64,000 nt of DNA from Phaeosaccion multiseriatum. Its lineage: Eukaryota; Protista; Ochrophyta, other classes. Every line of letters begins with the position of its first letter. The stretch's first letter is position 1. The notes under the pieces were generated by a model. It was not told the origin of the DNA. It worked only from the letters and a program-made list of their open reading frames with translations, and made no database searches. The position numbers and the translations under genes were made by a program. The stretch is taken from contig OZ218954.1 in assembly GCA_965112735.1 (NCBI GenBank), positions 806,001 through 870,000 of the forward strand, given 5' to 3'. Below are positions 23,178 to 36,175 of the stretch, piece by piece.

Positions 23178-26100
23178 CTAGTCCTCCTCCTCTCTCTCGG
23201 CGATGCCCTTTAGAGCCGCACAAAGGGCCGCCTCGTCCCCATCTTGTTTGAAGCGCAGCAGGCCGTCTAATTAGAGGCATATGGGGAGGGAGGGGAGGAG
23301 AGGGGCGTGCGGCGAGTGCGATTTGGAGCGGATCAGAACGTCCACCGGGGGGGGGGGGGCTTTAGAGGCATATGACAGGCATACTGAGAGGGAGGGAGAA
23401 TGGAGATAGAGGCATATGGTATGGCGAGTGCAAGGGGGGGGGCTGCACTCACTCATCAGCGCCGGGTCGGAGCTCTCCAGCGCCGCTCTCACTCTCCCTG
23501 TGCCCTTGGGGCCGAGAGGGATGGAGTTCACAAGGCGAAGGAACATGGGCTATGGCATGGGGTATTGGCATGGTAGAGCAGTTGGTGATTCGGAAGGAGG
23601 GAGGGGGGGAGGGAGAGGAGGGAGGGAAGCGTAAGAAGACAAGGGCAGAAGGGGGGTTCAGAGATGCACAAGACCGGTGTGAAGTGCCAAGACGTGGGAC
23701 ACGGGGAGACGAAGCCCCCGCTGCTTCCTCGGAGCAGGAAGTAGCAGGGGATGGCATTGGATGGGGGGCTTGGCAGCCTCCGACAGACCTGTGGCACACT
23801 CGCACATACCTCAGCTTTACGTGCAGCATCGTCGTCGTCGTCTTCGAAGGCGCTCTCCGAATCGTCCTCCTCATCATCATCATACCCTCCTTCTTCCTCC
23901 TCCTCTTCCTCCTCCTCCTCCTCCTCCTCCTCCTCCTCCTCCTCCTCCTCCTCCTCCTCGTCGTCGTCATCAACTTGCTCAAACCTCGACACTTCACACA
24001 ACTCCCTGAGGGTGGCGTATAAGCACCTCATATCTGCGCTCACCAGGAACTTGCGGTAGTGTACCCGTGCCGCCTGACAAACACACGCACACACACACAC
24101 AAGTACACACGCACAAGTACACACGCACACGCACACGCACACGCACAAATGCACGCACGGTCAGAAAAGGTACAGCAGGAGAGGGAAACCATAGCCAGAT
24201 GTAGGGAGAGGATTCATGGCATCCGGGAGTGAGTGAGTAGGTGGGTGGGTGGGTGCGTGGGTGCGTATGTGGACGAGGCATGCATCTGAAGTGAGGATAC
24301 TTCCTTGCACCAACTCGAACCAACCATCTCACACCCGTTAAACCCGATGCGCCTGACACCCTGTCCTGACTCCTCCCCTTCCCCTCCCCCCTTCTGTCCT
24401 GACACCAGTTACAAACGATACACCTGACACCCTGTACAGTACCTCGTGGATGGGCTTGGCAGTCTGAGCGAGGTAGAACATCCTATCTTCCGTTGACACT
24501 ACCCCCCTGCTCACGAGGGTGCCTATGAAGTCGTTGAGGTGTCGTCTCATGGACTGATCCTCGCTGCCGCCCCTCGCTGCTGTACCACCAACTGCTGCAC
24601 CACCAACTGCAGTGTTACCACCTAGCGCTGGTTCCGAGGGGCTTGCCTGGCGAGGCGGAGGGGGTGGGGGGGGGGGGCGAGACACAATAGAGAGGGCGTG
24701 GTAGGAAGGGAGGAAGAAGAATGAATACACACGCACCCACACGATACCGCATTGTCTCATGGACTGATCCTCCCCGCCGCCCATCCAGGCCCTGCTACTC
24801 GCACGCAAGCGCACACACGGACCTTTTCTGCAGCTTCCTTGTTCATATTGAGCCGCTGGGACAGGAGTGCATCCGCCCTCGCCGCACTGCTTGCCGCCGC
24901 CGCTCGACGGGACCTAAAGTTGGCGGAATCACCTTCGCCTTCGTCTTCGTCCTCCTCCTCCTCCTCCTCCTCCTCCTCCTCCTCCTCCTCCCCCTCCTCC
25001 TCTGCTTCCTCTTTCTCACCCTCCTCCTCCTCCCCCCCCTCCTCCCTTCTTCGCTGGTCCTCTCTCAGGTACTCCTCCCTCAGCTCCATATAAGAAGCGT
25101 GAAAGTCAAAGCCGAGCCCCCCAACCACCGGGGTTGCCCCCCCAGCCCCTCCCGAAATGGCCGTATTCGCCCCCGAAACCGCAACTTCAAGATCCGCCGC
25201 CCGCGTGAGTGTATCCAGGAGATCGTCCACGCAGTTGTTGGACCCATACGCCTCTATGCTGGCCATAATGACGGGGCTCTCTCTCTTGGCCATACGAAGG
25301 AGAGCCAATTCGCCCTCTTCACAGATGGCGCCTTTGAGCAGCAACAGCTTGGCGCAGCTTGACACCACTTTGAGCATCTCAGAGCTCAACGAGGCTCCCC
25401 CTTCTTCGTCCTCTCCCTGCTCCCCTGACTCACGCAGTGCGACTGCTACGGCTGTATCACCAACTGCTGCTCTTCGTGTAGGAACCTCCCCCTCGTCACC
25501 ATCATTATGATCGTCGTCACCCCTCTCTGGCCTCCTGCTGCTCCTGCTCGTCCTATCGCGGCCCCTCCCGGCCGCTGCTGTACCACTAACTGCTGTACCG
25601 CTAACTGTTGGACCACTAACAGATGTTGCTCTAACGTGTCCTTCCTCGTCGACGCTGGTGACGGTTTCCGCGTCGACGGCTTCGCTCATGTCCAACGCCC
25701 TTGCCTCCAGGGCCGTCATCTCTCGCGGAGGGCTGTGAGGGTAGGGGGGCATGATGAGGACGGCGGGGGAGGAGATGGAGGAGGGAGGGGAGGAGGGAGG
25801 GGAGGAGGAGGAGGAGGAAGAGGAAGAGGAGGAGGAGGAGGAGGAGGAGGAGGAGGAGGAGGAGGAGGAGGAAGAGGAAGCAGAGGAGGAGGAGGAGGAG
25901 GAGGAGGAGGAGGAGGAGGAGGAGGAGGAGGAGGAGGAGGAGGAGGAGGAGGGGGAGGAGGAGGAGGAGGAGGAGGAGGTGGTGGTGGTGGAGGAGGAGG
26001 GGGAGGAGGAGGACAACGAGGAGGAGGAGACAGGGGCAGTGGGGTCGCGTGGGTCAGTGCTTCTACACTTCTCTCTCCTCTCCTTTGCCTCTCTCTACGG

Positions 26101-26763
26101 AGCTTTACCTCGCAGCCCTGACCCGCTTGACAAGCCTGTCCTGCATGAGGCTTGGGATAAGGCGGAGTGTCTCCAAGAGATCGGCCAAGTCGCCCCCGCT
26201 GCGGTACACCTGTTGGGTGTACAGGGGGGAGGGACGGAGCAGAGGAGGGGAGGGAGGGAGCGAGAGAGGAAGGGAGGAAGCGAGGGAGGGAGGGACGGAC
26301 GGAGGGAGGGAGGGAGGGAGGAAGGGAGGAAGGAAGGAAGGAAGGAAGGAATGAAGGGAGGGAGGGAGGGAGGGAGGGAGGGAGGGAGGGAGGGAGGGAG
26401 GCAGGCAGGGAGGGAGGCAGGGAGGCAGACAGGGAATGAGTGAGTGAATCAGCCAAGCAGCTGGACGCACACCAAACCCTCCCTCTCTCCTTACTCGACT
26501 CCCCCCCCGCCCCCACCACCCACGGAAGCTGAGACTGTCAGCAGACCCTGAATACGTCAACAGGCACCTACCTGATAGGCTGCGGTAGTAACTTCGTGCT
26601 GTTGCTCTACAAGGCGCTCTAATGTGCGTCTGTCGTGCGTGCTGAGCTGTCCCTTCTCCCCCAGCAGGGCCAGGGCTTGTAGCAACACTTGGCGTCCGAG
26701 CTCCGTCTCGCTCGCAGGGGTGTGTGTGATACCTTATGTAGTCCAACAGCGGTCACGATGATG

Positions 26764-26813
<50 letters not shown>

Positions 26814-26874
26814 AAGGGTGAGGGTAAGGGTGGGGGTGAGGGTGAGGCTGAGGGCGAGAGAGAGAGAGGGGGAT

Positions 26875-26941
<67 letters not shown>

Positions 26942-28940
26942 CTTCAATTCGGGTCACTATTGGCACATCAAGAGACAGAAAGAGGCCTGACTAAAGCACT
27001 CACCAGAGCGAGGAGAGCTACCACCTTCTCCCGCTCTCTCTTGGCGCTCCTCTCCAACCCCCCTCCCCCGCTCCTCTGTATTGCCGCCCAAGGTCCCCTC
27101 GGTCGCAGCCTTGGCCATTTCTATCATGGAGCTGAGCAACGCTGGCACGGGCAACTGCCAACAGGGGACGGAGGAAAGGAGGGGAGGAAGGAAGGGAGGG
27201 GGTAGTGTGAGTGTGAGTGAGATGGGAGCGAGATGAGGTAAGAAGCCACCGCTCACCGGGCGATAGGAGGGGGGGGGAAAGCGATGGGATGGTGCTTGAT
27301 GGGGGTGGAGGAGCAGCAACATTGGATGGCTGGTATCCCTCTTTCCCTCCCTCTCTCGCTCCGTCCTTCCCTCCGTCCCTCCCTCCCTCCCTCCCTCCCT
27401 CCCTCCCTCCTTCCCACTCACCCCTTGCAAGTGCTGCTGGTAAGCGCTGAAGAGCGAGTCGCTAACGATGAGGGCCTGGTGAAGGAGGTACAGGTATTGC
27501 ACTTCGGATACACGCCCCAGAGCGAGCAGGAGATCAGAGAGATCGACGAGATGAGAAGTGGCTCTGGAGAGCGGTAGGGAGACAAGTAGCACACAGAGAG
27601 GAGGGTGGGGATGGAGAGGAGGGGAGACATGTGAGCAGAGAGAGAGAGGGGGGGGAGGAGCGGGGTGAGGGAAGGGGGAGAGGAAGAGGGGTGGGGGTGC
27701 GTGAGAAGATGGCGTCCTCCTTCTCCTTCTCCTCCTCCTCCTCCTCCTCCTTCTCCTCCTCCTCCTTCTCCTCCTCCTCGCACCTATAGAGTGTGCACTC
27801 GCTCTCGTCCATAACAACGCCTGCTGCGAGTAACTTGAGGACACTCATGAGGAATCTCTCCCCCCCCTCTTCCAAACTCTGCGCCACCCGACACGCAGTC
27901 AGCATCACCTGCATCCATATCCCCCGTGCGACGAGACGACAAAAGCAACAGCAGAGGGCACGTTGATGGCTAGTCCAAGGAAGGGAGCGAGTGAGGCGAG
28001 GACGAGGAGGAGGATGCCATCTACGGTAACGCGTCCCTCACAGTAGCAGAATGCTTTGTCAGACTGACTGACTTGACTGACTGACCGACTGACTGACTGA
28101 CTGACTGATGAACTGACTGAATGTCTGGTTGACTGGCAGACTGATGGAACAAAGCCGTCGTGACTGAACTGACCCTATCGTACCTTGTCCGCGCCTTCTC
28201 CGGCCGACAGGAGGTCCCCCAGGACCCGGGCCTCGGCCACAGAGAGGACCCCGTTCTTCGCCATCATCATCACCACCCCTCCGAGGCGGTGCTCCCACGC
28301 TTCCTTGGGCACCTCTACAGGCCGACCCTCGGAAGCCGAGGGGGACCGAAAGAGCACTCTCCGTGCCGCCGGGGCGAAGGAGGGCATGGCCGAGAGCGGG
28401 TAGACATACAGGGCGAGGCGCTCTCTTCGGTTGGTGGACGAAGGAGGATGGACCTTTGCAAGGCAAGAAACAAGTTTGAGACAACAGAGGCAGCGATTAA
28501 GGCGCGCCTCTCCCCCCTCCTCACGCATCTGCGTCAGCAGGCAACAGGCATCAGCTCATGAAAGACACCCACCCCTCGTAGACGAGGGGGAGGGGTTCCG
28601 TCCCACGCCTCCTAGCGCGCTCCCAGCTCCGTATCCATCCCCTCTTTGAAACAACTTGATGCTTCCTATTTTGGAATGAATTCGACTCACGCACCTTCTT
28701 CGTGACTAGCTCGTAACTCCCCGTGAGGTCCGTGGGCATGAGTACCTCGGGGTGGCGACAGACAGCGGCCATGGGAAAGACTGCTGGCTTTGCGCCAGGC
28801 AGGGTCAAGCCAACCACGTTGACGGACAAAGAGTCCAAGTGGAACAAGCTCGAGAGCATGCGGGCGGCGTCGCTCGGCTGCATCCCCCCGTAGAACGTAA
28901 CGGGCACATCCTGTACGAGCAACACCGCCGAGGAAGACAT
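23178..28940 (-). CDS. Uncharacterised multi-exon protein with ~6 copies of a ~60-aa helical module and acidic/Ser-rich linkers
   Basis: ATG at 28940 (MSSSAVLLVQDVPVTFYGG). Coding-like exons at ~28183-28390, 27785-27908, 27421-27564, 27003-27158, 26110-26211, 24823-26031, 24431-24646, 23810-24073, 23453-23497 and 23178-23267, ending ...IAEREEED*. Some internal junctions are uncertain. Confidence 0.65.
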
Positions 28941-29136
28941 GTACGCCCTGCTCGTGGGCCGTTAGCAATCATCAGATCAGGCGTATGGGCAAAGCGTCCT
29001 GGGGAAGCGCCTAGAAACGGAAACCCACTCCGTATCCCAGGGGGGTTTTGCTCCTTCCTACATCAGGATCCCCTCAAGTCTCATAGTAGTTGTTCCTCTT
29101 GCTTCGCCCCCTGTGTCCCCCGCTTCTTTCTTCATC

Positions 29137-32100
29137 ATGAAGAGCGCCATCGCCGTCGTTGTCGCCTCCTGCCTGGTGGGCGGGAGCGATGCGTTCCTTA
29201 CCCCCACCCCCGTGAGGCTCGCCCGGAGCCACACTTCGGCACGCACGACAATGCAGATGGCGGACGCCATGCCCGAGACTCCCTGGTTCGCGGAGGCCGT
29301 CGCCACCAACATGGTGGAGAAGTCAACCCTCGAGTAAGTATGTATGTCTCGTGCGTTGTAGCGAGAGCTGGGGTGGGGTGGAGCGTGGATGTGGTGAAAA
29401 CGTACGCACGCAGGGCACCGACACGCTTACGGTGGTAAGACAGAGAAAAGAGAGAAAGGGAGACGACGCGAGCGGGGGCTTGGAAGCAGAGGTGGAAGAC
29501 CAGCAGCAGAGAGGGCAAGAGGATATGGGTCCCGGCCACGGTTTTTACGTTCGATCGAAACCAGCAAGCGTGCACTCTTTTGTCCCGCAGCCAAAGGAGG
29601 GCGCCGAGGCGGCCATAGGGCTTGCAATGCGCCTCTGGCGCTATTGCTGGTGCCTCTACTTCGCCACCAAGGCGCCTCCCTGGTCGCGGAGAAATTGCAT
29701 GCGCAGCAGGGGCTCAAAATGCGTCGAGAAGGCAGAGAAGGGGGAAGGGACGAACAAGGCATCGTCGTCAGTCTACTCGGCCCGCAACTCGACGTTGGTT
29801 CGGCATTAGCTTAGAAAGTCTCTCCCATCGTGACTGAGGGAATGGTGTTCGGCCGCTATGCGCCAGACGGCCAAGCCCCTTCTTCTGCACACGAGATGGA
29901 GCATCGTGCAGGGGGAGGGCAACCAATCTTGGTGACTGAGTCGAGCAAGCGCGACTTGCGCATATGCGTGGACACGTGATTGGCTGCTACCGTGGGCTTT
30001 CTTCATCCCAGCGAAAGCAGCAGCCATACCATGTCGTGCATCGAAGACGTTTTGGTTGGAGCCGCGAGAAGACAGAAGTACATACACGCCGGCAGCAGCA
30101 GCAGCAACAGCAGCAACAGCAGCAACAGACAGCAGCAGCGGCCCACGCGGGCGTGTCTGAACGAGGCCAAAGGATACTTGTGACTTTCTCCCGCGGCCCT
30201 CTTTTGTTTTTTTCGTTGTGGATGACAAGACCGAGGAACACTTGAGCAGCAAAGCCCAAACGATGTCCTATCCAAAGCTGTTTGGAGTGGGAGCCCAGCC
30301 GTGTCTTTGGGCTCAATCCCCCCCTTCCCAACACCGACCGATTGTCGTCCTTTGGTTGCGATGACGCGTAGGTCGTGTGGGTCGTTGACTGAAGGACACA
30401 CGTGTCGGAACTAGGGAGGGAACAGAATCTACCCCCTTTTGAAGCAGAGCACCAACATCCCCAGCACCAGCACCAGCGAACCCAACGATGTGTAGCACCA
30501 TGCCCTTCACGCCACCTCTTGTATACTTACCGACCCATGTTGTCCTCTCTTCTGTCCCTCCCCCTGCGTCTTTCTCCACCCCAGCGCCTCCACCTCCCGC
30601 GCCACGTCCAAGACGCAGGACTTCCTTGAAGCTGACCCCTACTATGACATGAGCGGCATGCCTCTTAACACCTACAAGAACAAGGCCCCCCACATCGGAA
30701 AGGTGAGTACGTCAGTGGAGTTTGTGGTGCTGCCTGATGATGGTCGGCCGGTCTAGGGGTGATGGCTAGAGAAGGAGGAGGCGTTTTTGTTTTGTTTTGT
30801 TGTTGTTCCCGCTCTCATCTCCGCCTTCAATTGCGACTATGCACCAAAATATGTAGCCTCTGCGTAGAAGTAATGTTTGGTTTCATATCTTCTTGTTTGA
30901 TTGATTGTCTATTTCGCGTGTCATGGGTGCCTCATCATTTCAGGTGGTGAGCGTGAAGCGCATTGTAGGAGCCAAGGCCACGGGAGAGACGTGCCACATC
31001 ATCATCGACCACGGAGGACAGATGCCCTACTGGGAGGGTCAGTCCTACGGAGTCATCCCCCCGGGCATCAACCCCAAGAACGGAAAGCCCCAGGGAGTGC
31101 GCCTCTACTCCATCGCCTCCACCAGGTGCGTCACAGTCTCATGTCGTTCCACACAGTCCAGTGTTGTGATGTATCAATGTCGATATCGATATCGGATATC
31201 GGATATCGGATATCGATCCGGCATACCCTGTTTCTGACTCTCATTGACACCGTCTTGGACGCTGCTGCGTGCGCGCCACCCGCACGCCCTCGCTCCCTCG
31301 CGTAACCGTCCCCGCTTAGCCGTTACTCCTCTGTGGCTCTTCGCTCTAACCCCTTCCTCCTCTTCCTCCCATATCTTCCTGTCCTCTGTCCCCCTCCCCC
31401 ACCACCACTCACCACACGCCCGCGCACAGGTACGGTGACGACATGACAGGGCAGACTACCTCCCTGTGCGTGCGAAGGGCCACCTACTGGGACGAGGAGA
31501 TGGGCAAGGAGGACCCCGCTAAGAAGGGAGTGTGCTCCAACTACCTCTGCGACGCCATCCCCGGCCAGGAGATTAAGCTCACCGGCCCCGCCGGAAAGGT
31601 GATGCTCATGCCCGAGGACAAGCCCGAGACCGACCTTATCATGGTTGCCACCGGAACCGGCATTGCCCCCTACAGGTACGTAATGTTTCGTGTGGGTGGG
31701 GAGGACATGGGGTAGGGGCTTCGTATGTTGTCTTGCACACGCACACGTGGAGCGCAGATGGGATTTTCATGCTCTGCCATGAAAGGGCTCACCTACTTTG
31801 GTCTCCTTCCCGTGGCGATGGGATTGCCCTTACACCACGGACGTCTTGAGCGAAGTTCTCATCCCCCCCCCCCCTCTCTCCGCTCTCCACGCTTGCCACA
31901 CACGCACCTACCGAACCCTTTACCACACTTACATGGCTACACCCACCCACACACACACACACACAATATCACTCCGCATACACCACACCACAGGTCATTC
32001 ATCCGCCGTCTGTTTACGGAGAAGACCCCCGCCGCCGAAGCCTACAAGGGCCAGGCCTGGCTGTTCCTGGGAGTGGCCAACACCGACGCCCTCCTGTACG

Positions 32101-32585
32101 ATGACGAGTGGCAGACGGTGCTCAAGTCGCACCCCGACAACTTCCGCCTGGACTACGCCCTGTCACGAGAGTCCAAGAACGCGTCCGGAGGAAAGATGTA
32201 CATCCAGGACAAGGTGGAGGAGTACGGAGACGAGGTCTTCACAAAGCTTGGGGTACGTGTGTGCGTGTGTGTGGGTGGTGCATGTTGGGGTTTTTTTTGC
32301 ATTCACTTTTCGTGCCCCTCTTGTGTCTTCCTTGCCCCAGCAACTCCACTGCTCTGCTTGTATGTATGACTTCCTCTCATCTTGTACTACCTACTTGCTT
32401 GCCTGTTACTCACGTCAACAACAACTCAACAGGAGGGCGCACACATGTACTTCTGCGGCCTCAAGGGCATGATGCCCGGCATCCTCGGCATGCTCGAGAA
32501 GACCGCCGCCAAGAAGGGCCTCAAGTGGGAGGACTTCCTCAAGGACCTCAAGAAGAACGGACAGTGGCACGTCGAGGTCTACTAG
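29137..32585 (+). CDS. petH: Ferredoxin-NADP+ reductase, plastid; 6 exons
   Basis: Presequence [21 protein letters not shown]. Motifs [68 protein letters not shown] and C-terminal WHVEVY. Confidence 0.97.
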
Positions 32586-33114
32586 ATGGGCACTAACAAG
32601 CATTTGTTAGTCACTGTCTACTAGACCAAGCAGCAGCAGCGGTTGGTGATACAGCAGCGGCAGCAGCAAACAGCGGCAGCAGCAAGCAGAGACGAGACGA
32701 GCGGAACCACTCACTACTCACTACAATGGTAGCCCTATAGTTCAATTCCTTCCGTCGGTCTGTTCCCCTCCATTTGGGTGTTCCCGAATGGCAACGAATC
32801 GATGCACAAGGAAGGGCCGAGTCAAGCCCGTACCCAGAGGCCGGCATACCAATACGTTTACTTCGTAGTTATTAATTAAAATATTTACAAATGAACTGAA
32901 CACTTCTCCTTCTTTCGTCTCTCTTTGAGCGGCAGCACACACACACACACGCGCGCGCACATGATCGATCAAACTACGCTCTTTTTGTCTTTTGAACGAC
33001 AAAACAAAAAAGAGACAACGACGATGTACCTCCCAGAATTACCACCCAGACTTATCCCTTGTGTCCCGAAGGCTGAACTAACTGAAGTAGATGCCGTCCT
33101 CGGGCTCTGGCGGA

Positions 33115-33210
33115 GCCTCAACTAACTGATCGAAGTGCTCTCCTCGGCCTCAACTAACTGATCGAAGTGCTCTCCTCGGCCTCAACTAACTGATCGAACT
33201 GCTCTCCTCG
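33115..33210. repeat. 32-bp tandem repeat x3
   Basis: gcctcaactaactgatcgaagtgctctcctcg starts at 33115, 33147 and 33179 (one mismatch in the third copy), with no spacers. Confidence 0.9.
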
Positions 33211-33732
33211 GCCATCCGCGGGGGAGGCGTGTTCTCCCCTGGCCGCTGCGAGCTGGGCCCCTCTTCCCTGTGCCTCTTGCGCTGCTCTGCCTGAGAGGGG
33301 CTCTGCCGCGGCGCACGCGTGGGACCGGCGCGCGCATCAGCGTGCTGCTGCTGCTGCTGCTACTCTGCGGCTGCTGCTGCTGCTGCTGCTGTCTCTACGG
33401 TGCTCTTTTAGCTGTCACCACCCTTCCCCCAAGCCGCACAACGCTGATCTCCTCCCCCCCCCCTCGTCCTGCAGCAGCCTTGCCTCCAGCTGCCCCACCA
33501 TATGCCTCTCGCCACCTCCGCGCCCTGGAGCTTTGTCCTGCTGCTGCCTCAGAATGGCTCCCACCATCCCCGACTGCGCCTCCATACTCGCCACCTTCCT
33601 TGTCTGCACGGCCTAACTTGCCTCGCACCGCACGGAGCTCGGTCTCCAGCGCCGTACCTTGCTGCTGCGTTAGTCTGCTGCCGTCCTCAAGCCCCTGCCC
33701 CTACGTCTCACGCTCCCCTTGTCCTGGAGACT

Positions 33733-34859
33733 TTACGCATCAGCAGCTGCATCAACAGCCGCAGCAGCAGTAACAGCGGCATGCCCCATCTCCTCTCGAG
33801 CCTGGTAGAGCTCCGCCTGCGTCATTCGGAGCTCTGCCCGCAGCAGCTCCACCTCCTGGCCCCTTTGGATGCCAAGGGCCACGCTTTGGTCTCTCTGCTT
33901 CTCCGCCACCGCCTTGCCCTCCTCTGCCTGGTTAATGCGCCGTAGCAGGGAGCCCGCCCTCAGCTCAGCGGCTCCCGCCCCCACCGCCTCCTCCAGAGCT
34001 GTCCTGAGCCTATCCACCTCCTCGCTTTGCCTGAGTGACATGGTCATCAGCTCGCTCGCCGCCTTCTTCTCCAGCTGCGCTCGTCCCCCGCCATCCACTA
34101 CCATCTCGCGTTGTGATGCAAGCTCGTCTCTGAGGCAAGCCACCTCCTGCTCCACCTCCTTCATTCGGGCCTCTGTAGCCGCCCGTTCTCGGTCCATGTC
34201 CTTCAAGGCCCTCCGAAGCACTCGCTCATTGTCTGCCGGGCTCGCGGTCACTCCCTCCTCAATCCCACCCTGGACCCCGTTGCTACCTTGCTGCTGCTGC
34301 TCCTCCTCCTTCTTCTGTAGCTCTCGTCGAAGCAGCTCTTCGCAATTATTTTGGCTGTCGCTTCTGGCCCTCTTCCGCCCCACCACTCCTCCTCGGCACT
34401 CTGCTAGTGCTGCTACTGCATCCAGCGTCTCCTGCAGCTTCGTCCGGGTCTCCTCAAGCTCTGCCTCTCGCGCACTAGCCGCACGCCGCATCGCCACTCG
34501 CTCTTCTTGCCACGACGGGCCCTGTGCACTGGCCTGAGAACAAGAGCAACAAGACGGCACAGCAAGGCGGGAGTCGGAGGGATTGGGGGAGGGGGGCGAT
34601 GGAAGATTTCGAAGAGCAGCATCACAGGTTAGATCCCCACAAAACAATTGAAGAGCTTGCGCAGAGCTCAATTGCCAGTCCCTTCCTCCTCCCTTACCTT
34701 TTTTATGAGCGCTTTCGCTCTATCTGTGGCGAGGAGACCATGCGCCCACAGGTACTGGATCTTGTTGACAAGGGTGGTGTTCTCTCCAACCTTCGTGGTG
34801 AGTTGCGTAAGCAGCCCCGGCACATCTCCAGCGGTACCTCCCTTCCCTGCCTCCTCCAT
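33733..34859 (-). CDS. Coiled-coil protein of unknown function; possibly truncated or decaying at the 3' end
   Basis: Exon 1 34859-34698 (MEEAGKGG...LTTKVGENTTLVNKIQYL...KK|gtaagg). Exon 2 from 34533 is E/Q/R/L/A-rich with heptad character, with a stop at 33733. Coding-like but frame-broken sequence continues to ~33200. Confidence 0.6.
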
Positions 34860-35072
34860 CCTTGGTACGAGAGCCTCGGCCCGTGAAAGTTGGACTGGGG
34901 GCAGCAGCAGCAGCAATCTTCAACAGAAAGAGCGCCGAAATTGAAATTGAATTGAAACTGTAAGATCCGAAAGCCCGAAACTGAAACTGGATATAGGGTG
35001 GAAGGAAGGAAGATTATCGAAGGAGAGAGAAAAAATAGGGCTCCCTCCTTCTTCTGTACTGATACGAGATTA

Positions 35073-35599
35073 ATGGCGCATGTAGGGATGGTGAAGCTTC
35101 TGCTTCTGGTTGCCTTGAGCTTCCAAGCCTGCTGCGTGGCGTTCATCTCCGACGGACTGCTGCCTTCCTCCCTTGCTTCAACCCTGACTGGGATGAAGAG
35201 CAAGTCCCGTCAACAACGCAGCTCCATCTCGATGACATTGCCAGATGTAAGTAGGACAATAGCCCACCTCTTTGCTGCACCTTCTTTGATCGAATAAACC
35301 ACTTGCCTGCCTTACCCATTCACTGCTCCGACCGGTACATCCCAGGGCATTAGCGGAGCGGAGAAGCTGGAGCGCTTCTTCCGAGACTGCGAGCTGCTGG
35401 GAGCGTGTCGCTTCGTGTGCATGACCGAGGGAGCTATTCTTGAGAGCGTGGGGTCCTTCGAGAACTTGCGGTATAACGATCTGCCAAAGGTAATGTCGTT
35501 CATCGGAGACTGCTCTCCCTCTCTCTCGCGGGCGCTCTCTCTTTCATACTCTCGTTCTTTGTCTCTGCCACACCTTTAACTTTCTCTGTCTCTCTGTCC

Positions 35600-35664
<65 letters not shown>

Positions 35665-36175
35665 CCCCCCCCCCTTTTTCTTCCTTCCTCTTCCTCTCAT
35701 TCTTGCTCTCATTCTCTGTCTCTGCCCCCCTCCATCCCTCGCCCCGTTTTTGGGTGATGAGAAGGGCCGATACGCAACCTTTTCTGACGATAAAGGCCGA
35801 TTCGAGGCTCACATCAACACCGACAAGGTCAAGGTAAGAGTGTGTCACAGTGGGGAGGAGAAGGCGATGCTCACTCTCTCTCGGCTTCGCCCGGTTCCCA
35901 TCAAGGGTGCGTCCGTCCATAGGTCAACCCATTCACCCTGCCTCTTTTTGGTCCCCCTTCTCCATCTCCTCCTTTCGACCCAGTCGGTGGCCATGTTAGA
36001 AAAGCCCTCCAACGACGGCCAGCAAACTCTCTACATTACGCGGTGGATGGATGCCAACCAGGACACCTTGCTGAGCAGCATCCTGGCGTCGGGGGAGGAG
36101 GGGGAATATGAGGAGGGGGCTGTGGACTACTGGCACAAGCTCAAGCAGGTCTTCGGGGAAGAGTGGGTCATCTGA
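35073..36175 (+). CDS. ChuX/HutX-family (DUF1008) putative heme-binding protein, cyanobacterial type, with plastid presequence; 4 exons
   Basis: The spliced mature part LERFFRDCELLGACRFVCMTEGAILESVG...LRYNDLPKGRYATF....FEAHINTDKVKSV...LYITRWMD...GEEGEYEEGAVDYWHKLKQVFGEEW resembles the cyanobacterial ChuX/HutX pattern as I recall it. Signal peptide VKLLLLVALSFQACCVA-F. Confidence 0.8.

Noticed and set aside
24545-24782. ~28-bp near-duplicate of exon sequence (GxEDQSMR) in the adjacent intron as an alternative exon
   Set aside because: Using it would need a ~31-nt intron. It is more simply a local duplication.
33115-33210. 32-bp repeats as a CRISPR array
   Set aside because: The repeats are directly adjacent with no spacers, there are no cas genes, and the DNA is eukaryotic.
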